Shown here one piece after another: positions 55,795 through 64,000 of a stretch of 64,000 bases of DNA. The notes under the pieces were generated by a model. That model did no database searches and had not been told where the DNA came from. It worked only from the letters and a program-made list of their open reading frames with translations. Position 1 is the stretch's first letter; each line of letters starts with the position of its first letter. The stretch spans positions 1,740,278 to 1,804,277 of the forward strand of contig NMRA01000001.1 of assembly GCA_002633005.1 (NCBI GenBank), given 5' to 3'. The DNA is from Phoronis australis (lineage: Eukaryota; Animalia; Phoronida). Both the position numbers and the translations under genes were made by a program.

Positions 55795-57044
55795 GTTCTT
55801 CTTGGGGAACAGCTAGTCGCAAATTTTCTACACAGAATTGACAGTCGATCTGTAACTCACCTGGCACTGGACGGCGATGCCAAATTTGATTTGATTCAGT
55901 TTGTCTGTGCACACTTTAACTCACCCCTCTGGCAAGAGTATTTGCTGCAACAATCAGAAAACACTCCTCACAAATCACTTGTTCAGGACCAGTCGAGCGT
56001 AGAGTGGGATGCTTTTATGAGTGCTGGGGATTCAGTCAAGCTTGATTTGTTTTCAAAAGACAGTGATCTTTCACTTGAAGAAAAATACCAACACAACAGC
56101 AGGAGCTGTACTAGTGAACAAGATAGTCCTCCAGGAGTTGGCACAAGTCTGTTGTCTGACTCAAGTTTTGATTGGGAAGAAGTTCAGTCTGAGGGGAAGG
56201 AAAATAAACGGAGGGGGTTACACGTGCGATTCGACATGGATGAGAACAGCAATCATTCCAACAATGTCAGCCGGGATAAAACGAGAAGTGTGAAGGAGCT
56301 GCGTCTGATCTTTGACAGGGATGCCAAGGACATTCCCTCTCCACCAGTCATGACATCACCACGTGGAACACACCACAGTGGCATCAACCTACGTAAGTAT
56401 GAGAAACCAAGCGACAGGCGGAACTATCGTAGCGACCCTGGGGAAGTGGACTACTCTCCACAGTACAAGGGATTCAACTCCATGGCTGGAGTCGACCTTG
56501 ACAGCGATGTCCTTAGTCGTGACATGACCCTCGACTCATCCACCTTGTCAATTGATGGTAGCTATGATACTGGTGATGGTTCTTTTGGTCAGAGCTCAGG
56601 ATACGGTCACGGCGACAGCCTTGTAGAGGGTGGTGCTATTGGAGGTGAAAGGGATTATACAGAACATGATGAAGACAGAAATTTGCTGGATGGCGGCACA
56701 GATTCTGTTGGTAATGGTGCTGACATGAACGAACCATCAGTTATCACTGAAGATATGTTTGCACTTCTTAGCAAAGATCTGGAAACTGATGATGCTCAGC
56801 AGAACCAAGAGTCTGAAGTGGTTGAGGAAGTGGTTGTTGAAAGCGTGACCAAGCCGGTGCATTCGGCGATTGTGTTTCCTGACCACATGGAAGAAGGTGA
56901 TGTCAAGATGAATGCAGACAGTTACAGAGACAGTGGCATCGGTTTGTATGGCGATCAAGACGGCCTTCATGACACCGCAGAAGTCACACCATTGTTGAGA
57001 GGAGGTGGCAGTGTGGATGACGGACATTTCCAACAGGAATGTGG
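55795..57044 (+). CDS. Exon C: end of the galectin-like domain (VLLGEQLVANFLHRIDSRSVTHLALDGDAKFDLIQF) followed by ~380 aa of acidic/Ser-rich low-complexity sequence
   Basis: Lies in the only long real ORF (55759-57048, 429 aa). Acceptor ctttgttgcag| is phase 0. The FxHR...VxxLxLxGD galectin C-terminal pattern is present. It ends at a consensus donor tgg|gtgagt (phase 2) or reads on to TGA at 57046-57048. Confidence 0.85.
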
Positions 57045-57082
57045 GTGAGTTGTGTTTCTCTACTGCTATTTTTTCAATTGGT

Positions 57083-57093
57083 AATAAAATAAA
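57083..57093 (+). terminator. Candidate polyadenylation signals (two overlapping AATAAA)
   Basis: aataaaataaa lies ~35 nt after the in-frame TGA of exon C. AT-rich background makes a chance match possible. Confidence 0.3.
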
Positions 57094-57664
57094 GAACACA
57101 ACAAATACTCATGAAAGTGGTAGGCCAAATAGGCATAGGTCGCATGATCTCAATGATGCTTGACCTTAACTTAATACTATGAAAACGTTATCTATCATAA
57201 TCTCCTGAATGAACTTGTGATATTCAGTTCACATGCACTTTGGATACTATGTCCTGACTGGTAATACACATTTAACAGTGCAATAATTTCACCATCTGAT
57301 GCTTTCCCTGAAAAGTGCCCTGGTCTTAAACTATCATTAACCGGTCAGTTTATCACAACATACCACTATGATCTGTGACAAAACTAATTTAAATTCCCCT
57401 ATAGTTTTTGACACCTAGTGATTCATGGCTGTGATATTATTGGGGTTTTCTTGTATTGATGTGTAAAATTTTAGCAATTATTGTGTGATGATTGGCAGAT
57501 CTTAATTACGAAATCATTTTTATTTTAATGAAAAGTGAGTGACATGTAGAGGTCATGGTAGAAGTTCTTCATCTAAGGATACAAATATTTGATAAATTAT
57601 AACATTCAGAGTCCTTTATTTCAGAGTCATACTACTAACAGATATATATGTTAGGAATTTACTA

Positions 57665-59670
57665 CCGTATTCGCCCTAATAACTGCCCATGCCCCTATAC
57701 GCGCCCCCACACGTTTTCAGACTTTGCTAAAATAAGCGCCCAGTCCATGGACGTGTACGTGCGAAAAATGCCTTACCTACAGTCCTAAAATTCTACAGTA
57801 ACATCTTCAATTTATCGATAATATCCGACAGACCTGAAAAAAAATCATTGTGCATGGAATTTGTAGACCACGAGCCTCGCCGCTATGTCAGTATTTAGCC
57901 GTGACTATACACTTCAAACTTCCGCCATGCCTCAAAAAGAATGCAAAAGTTTTGCTGATATTGTGAGGAATGTGTCGTACTATGGTCTGGCCTTTCAGAA
58001 CAGACACAGCGTACTTGTCAACGGGGTTGTATTGTAGACATTTCCCGCCCAAATTTCTTCGTATATGTGTAAACTGTGAATTGAAGACTAATTAAAAAAA
58101 TCGACCAATGTTAAATGCACCTGGCCAGGAAGTGCGCGCTACATACATGTATGGGCTGTCATCAAAAACATTAGTCTGGAACTATCCATTCATGAAATGG
58201 GTAGTATAGCATTGGCAAGAAATAAATATTGACACTAATTTCCAACAGTTTCTAAAACCATAAAAAATTTTGCATTAGTTTTAAGAGGGATTGTTTGATT
58301 AATCATAATTGGTGTTTTTAAAGCTAAATATCCGATAAAATGACTACTTACAGAAAATGCTTACACACCTTTACACCAAAAAATAACTGCCAAAGAGTCA
58401 CATACGCATCCAGCCAAGTGACGACTATTACATGGGTCTTACCGAGACAATTGTCGAACGGTTTTTAGCAGATGAGACCTGCAAGTGCTGAATGAAACGC
58501 GTTCTGCTTTCTGCTTATGCCAATTTCTTAGATACAATGCACATCTAGCTCGGTAAATGGCGTTTACTCTGGCAAATGAACTCTGGTGACCCGCACGTGC
58601 TCGCTTACTCATACACGCAGACGAACTTAAAACAAACGTCATGTGACAACATGTCCAGAGATTTTTTTATAGTGTTGCCGGGTAGGACTACGATCATAGA
58701 AGGCATCATCCACAGGCATCCTCAGCTTCTGATCGTCCCCAATACACTATATATATAATACTACAAGTTATGACACTCCGGACTAGAAATTCCACGGAAG
58801 CTTCACTTCAGCCGTCCATAACAAATATAAAACTCAATAAATTTACACAAAACAGAGGTTCAACGAACCATGAGGAATTGTTCTTTCTCCCAATACCATT
58901 TACGGTGTCCTGATCCACCTAGTTCGCAAGAAATTCGCTGTCAAAGCACAAAAATTTTCCCAAAAAGCTCGTCTGGAGCAACTCCCTGGTCCCACGCGAA
59001 GGGTACGGAATTATTCGATGAGGTGGATGAACGGCAACTGCCGAGTTATCGATGCTGTGATTTTCCGTGATGAATCGGCAATTGCTGTTCATCCGTAACT
59101 CATCAGATAATTCCGTACTATTCGCGTGGACGGCTGAAATGAAGCACCTGTGGAATTTCTAGTCTGGAGTGTCATACCTTGTAGTATTATATAGTGTATT
59201 GGGGACGATCAGAAGCTGAGGAGGTCTGTGGCACGATCTAGCACAGATTTCGACTTAACTGCCATCAATACATACTCCACGGGAACTTGAAAATCTTAGG
59301 GACGCTATCTGGAAAACTTAAGGAGGATTTTAGGTAATTTACTTGAGTTGAAACTATTTTTATTCAAGCATTCAAGTTGGCATATCGACGATTGCGAGGC
59401 AGTCAGTCGACGAGTTTTTTCCCTGGGATTTATGCATAATTTTCTGTAAAATGATTGTAATTGAACAGCAAAGTTTTATAGCAATGCACTACAATTTTAT
59501 AGAAAGTCTGTCATTGGTTACAGATACGTCACAGAGCGTAAATATTTTGAATCTTAGCTTCCAATTTCACCCGTTTCGGCAACCGGATTTCAACCGCCTT
59601 GGGTTACAATAAGTGCCCCCCTGAAACAAATTTTTCCAAATGCCCTGGATGGTTATTAGGGCGAATATGG
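57665..59670. mobile_element. ~2-kb non-autonomous TA-flanked DNA transposon (pogo/Tc1-like)
   Basis: TIRs ccgtattcgccctaataac / gttattagggcgaatatgg with TA on both sides. No transposase ORF. Contains an internal palindrome. Confidence 0.8.
58710..59231. repeat. Long internal inverted repeat inside the 2-kb transposon
   Basis: 58710-58817 pairs with ~59128-59231, and 58991-59048 pairs with ~59069-59129. Confidence 0.85.
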
Positions 59671-61539
59671 TAAGTGTTGTTTAATGACAATTATACTGTA
59701 CAAACCAAAATTATGTTTGTTGTGAAATTTGTCAAAATCTTGCTCCCCCCTCTATATTGAGGGTGTAAAGTTTATGGTGCAAAGAATGTTTCTGAATTAG
59801 TTTAGTGATGTTTTGTAATAGTAAAATTCTGATTCAAGTATTATAGAACGAAAGATTTGCCACCACAAAAAGTTATAGAATAACTGTTGATTTAGGGCAT
59901 ATTAGTGTGAAAAATTCCTGTTATCTGTTTTGTACTTACGAGATGTCAGCTAAACAGCATCTGATTAACTTCTGATCATCAACTTAAGTATCATAGCACA
60001 ATATGTCTTACAAGTGAAAATTTGTTTTCTCACCCCCCAAAAATGTACAACGCATTTTACTAAGAAATACATGGGAACGAGATATTATGGTGTTGGCCTG
60101 TTGCAAGGAATGCATTTTAATTATTGCCAAATATCAGCGCTTTTGGTCCAAAAAATTTCCATATCCCTTGAGGTTTGAAATTTGCCCCTTCAGGATTTGC
60201 TGATAGATTTCGTGATGACCAGGAGTATTCAGAGGTTGCTAATACCGACTTCGTGTGATTTTTGAAAAATTCTCCATGTCTGTTCTGCTGTTTAAAATGG
60301 ACCCTCACTCATCAGTGTAAGAGGAGTTGATATCTCGTCTTGCACTGGACTTTACACTTAGTTGAGAGGACTTTAGCTGACAACCAGTTAGAAACATTGT
60401 TGGGTACATTTTCCACTCCAGGATAATATTGGGAATGGTTTTGAAGATGGAAAAACGTTGGATTTTAGACCAATTTGGACTTTTCGCCTGTAAACAGATG
60501 ATTTTAAGCCTACTGTCTTCAAAAAGTTTATTGCTTTGTTTGTAACCCACAAAGTGTACTGTGTACACAGCAGTGATTTGTTTCATCCATTGGATGTTTT
60601 GCAATTGTTAGTTTTTGCTTGGGGAATATGAAAAGGTGAACATGTTCATTTCTGGTCAAAGAAACGAACAGTGTAAATTATGTTATTCACTGTCAAAGAT
60701 ACGAGTTTATAATAAGGTTACAATAACTACACAGTCCTTGTTATTTTACTGTTACGTACATAGGATTGGATTCCACACACGAACATGAATTGGCAAACAT
60801 CTGAAGATAAGTAACCTGCTTCTAAAGTCAGTGTGTGCAGCTGTCCTGGAGCACAGCATCAACTGGTGCATCAAGAATGTTATGAATTTTGGAGTTGCTG
60901 TTAATGCTTTATCATATTCATCTTCTGTGTAAAATAGTATTGAAAAATTGTGGAATATTAAAAAATAAAGGTGATATTGGTTATTCTGTCCGAAATTGGA
61001 AAGCTTTTAACTAAGTATTTAATGAAAAAAAATGCGATTTTAGCAATCATTTTTTGTTTTTATGTTAAGAATTTTTATGCTATATGAAATTGACTGCTTG
61101 ACAGTTCAAATTAAAAACTTGCAATACATCGAGTGAACCAAAAAGTATTATAATACATTAAACTAATCAGTGTTCTGTATATATAATGTTGTAAAGTACT
61201 CAAGTGTACATTCCCATACGGGTATAGTGGTCATATTTGTATTCCCAGTTTTGTGCTCGCCTCATTTTACAAACAAATGATTCTACCAGTTAAACCACAC
61301 CAGGTGATAAAAAATACTATTTTTGTCAAATATATTGTAAAAAACACAAATGAACAAGGCTGAAGAGAGTTCAACACCAATGTAATGCTAATATAAAGCC
61401 GTGATAAAACTTCTGTAGCAAATTTTATTCTGGATCAGGGGTCTATTTTATCAAAGTTGCTTAAGACAGAATTCAGCCTCATGCTCTCATTTCGCAATAG
61501 CTGGAAAAAAATTTCAGCCATTAAGTACGACACATCACA

Positions 61540-62320
61540 TTTTTATCTACATGACTACATATACACATGTGGGTGTATCTGCCAAACCGTTTGACTGATC
61601 TTTTGAAAGTTGTGTAAGTTGTAAGGAGAGGTTATACCTGCCAACGTTTTGTTTCCAGGAGGCAATGTCGCCCAACAATTTGTGGATGGTTTTGTCATAT
61701 TGTTTGTCCCCTAATGATAATTTTAATATTTTGTTACATTATTTTGGCATCTGCCTCAATGTCTGCTTAACAATTGGATTCGTTGTTGTAAAATTTGGCA
61801 GAGGTGTTTTACAAAACCATAGCTGATATTAATTTCCAATCTGACTGGCAGTTTTATTTTTTTTTACGTCTGCCTCAATAGCTGCCAATGGTGAAGGAAT
61901 TTCAAGAGATTTCAAAGATATGCTGCCTCAATTCAGTGTAGGCTCTTTGCAAAATTTGAAGGATGTTCCTATTGATAAGAATGTCTTGCTGATATTGATT
62001 TTTGAACAGATCTGAATTGACCACTATGCCCTCAATTGGCAATTCTAGTTATTTGCAGCTGCCTCAATACCAATAAAGTTTAGTGAAAGACCATCATGAA
62101 ATTTGATTGATATGCTCCTGTTGACTAGAGCATGGCTGATGTTGATTTTCTGATGAATCCGAATACTACTTTGTTACGAAGTGGGAGTTCGGCTTCAATA
62201 TCTACCAAGTAAAGAATCATCATAGAGTTTGTATGGTCTATTTCTTCTAATAAAAACAAGGCCTTACATTGATGATTTTTTATTAATTTCATGCACTGTT
62301 CTCCCAGTGCATGTTGCTCA
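61540..62320 (+). mobile_element. Degenerate HINE-like copy (related subfamily)
   Basis: Repeated ctgcctcaat / gaaatttg units and a terminal hairpin catgcactg...cagtgcatg. Boundaries approximate. Confidence 0.4.
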
Positions 62321-63161
62321 GGAGTGAGATGTTATGAGGTGCTAGTGATCTTCTGAGACAAAAACTCTTAATGCATCTTGACATTTGTGTGTCCCAGTAC
62401 TTACTAACTGCTTGCAAAAGCAGTGTCAAGGAGGGACGTAATACTAGTGACTTGCGCACCGGGCTACTCTACATTCAAAAGATAGTGCTTAAGTGTAACA
62501 AGGGTCCTTCCCATAGCAACGCATACAGGTCGTCATGCCCGACCATTATCCTATGAATGACCCTTGGGATGAGCTGCTTAATCTTCCCTCAATCTATTCA
62601 TATGTCAAATTAAGGGACCTGTCTTCATGGGCTCCACCTAGTGTGCCAAGTCACTCAATGTGCAGCTCTGTTCATACTGGCACTTTCTGCCACTGCACAT
62701 GCCCAAAGTGACTTGGCACATCAGTTTATTTTGGTACCTGTCAAAATCGCTCGGGAGGTTGTAGAGTATGCGGCCTGGTCAACTGGCCATCTGGACACAA
62801 TCTAAGCATGGAAACCATTTATGGTTATGTACTATGTACAAAAACTTAAGTAGAAACAAAGATTTTGCAAGATGTGCATAGAAATAACGGAAGTAAGCAC
62901 CTACTCGGGATGTACTGGATTGATTACATAACTGTTAAAAATTGTTTTAGTAGACCTAGAAAACACTATTTACACTCCCAAATACAGGCACTCTAAATGA
63001 AAATTGAAGTAGCCTTTTCATGCCATGTTGCCTCAGGTCAAAAAAAGGATTTAGAAAGAATAGCCAATAGCAGTAGTTTGAACATTCGTCGTTACCAAGG
63101 GTAGAAGTAAGTATCTGCTGCGGGTCCCGGAGTACATAGAACACCATTGTAAATATTACAT

Positions 63162-63190
63162 TAATAATAATAATAATAATAATGATAATT
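63162..63190. repeat. (AAT)n microsatellite
   Basis: taataataataataataataatgataatt. Confidence 0.9.
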
Positions 63191-63844
63191 GTGTGTATTT
63201 GTTGTTCGTTGGTGTTTTGGATTAAGTGAGGATTCTCGTGATGGTGTGGTCCAAAATCAAGCAATAGGCCCAACAGTTCGTTTCATTTGTAAATTTACAG
63301 CACATCCATAAATTCAATAGGTTTCAGCTTTAAAATGTTTTCTGTTTACACGACAAGCTTGATATTGTGCCAAGTGTTCTATGAAATGATATTAAACAAG
63401 AGTGTATTTGCGTGATACGTAGTCATTCGGCACGTACATGTGAGCCCTTGCCATTGTTATTCTAGTGTGTGACATGTTGAAATGTTTCACCTAAATTACT
63501 TTGATTGCACACCGTGAATTTAAAACCTTTTAACGTAAAATGTTCTAGCTAAATTTACGTTATAAGTTTGCTTTCAAATAGTAAATTCTAAACATTTTTA
63601 CTTTAAACATTCCAGCTAAGATGTTGTAAGATACTCTTGTGAATATCACTTATGACTTCTTAAATGTGGCCAAAGTATTGCTTTTATCATTGTAAGAACT
63701 GCACACTACTGTTCTAGCTAGATTGGTAGATTTTTAAAGCTTTCCAATATTTGAAAAAAGTCAGGCAACAACAGCATATTAGGTTTCATGGAATCTGGAA
63801 AGCCACAATCCAAGAAGGATATTATGGTATTCCTGCTTTGGGCT

Positions 63845-64000
63845 ACGGTAAAGTCGCGTGATTTTCGGACACTGAAAATTAATTCCAATAGAAAAAATTC
63901 ATTCTTGGACGAATCTCGCGAAATATCATTTTGTGGTGTCCGAATTTGGCGGACCTCCAAATTTGGGTTTCCGCTAGTGTCCGAATTTCGTGGGTGTACA
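63845..64000. mobile_element. Probable end of a DNA transposon/MITE at the window edge
   Basis: CpG-rich, with repeated gtccgaattt / cggac subterminal motifs. The terminus is not fully in the window. Confidence 0.35.

Noticed and set aside
60194-60258. Possible last exon (FADRFRDDQEYSEVANTDFV*) after ccccttcag
   Set aside because: That reading needs phase 1, but the exon C donor is phase 2 (which gives only GIC*). Unresolved without transcripts.

Overview
AT-rich eukaryotic (animal) draft-assembly sequence, mostly intron and transposon debris, with three N-gaps (19010-19279, 33229-34089, 37515-38220) and single-n joins (13493, 16443, 21686). There are no prokaryotic features. The main result is a spliced + strand gene that the ORF track does not show as a unit. 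Three GT-AG, phase-compatible exons (42800-42891, 53943-54162, 55795-57044) join into a divergent galectin-fold domain. By eye, this domain lacks almost all canonical galactoside-binding residues. It is followed in frame by a ~380-aa acidic/Ser-rich region carrying an RVxF-like motif and two acidic-dileucine motifs. The rest of the window holds: a ~7.6-kb near-identical tandem duplication (probably two alleles) with reciprocal MITE insertions; Helentron-associated (HINE/DINE-1-like) elements whose ~150-bp internal repeats each carry a same-orientation CTCF-like motif; TA-flanked pogo/Tc1-type and TTA-flanked Harbinger-type MITEs; decayed CR1-clade, RTE and Penelope fragments; a tRNA-derived SINE-like head; and two long palindromes. 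All family calls come from manual motif recognition, not database searches.
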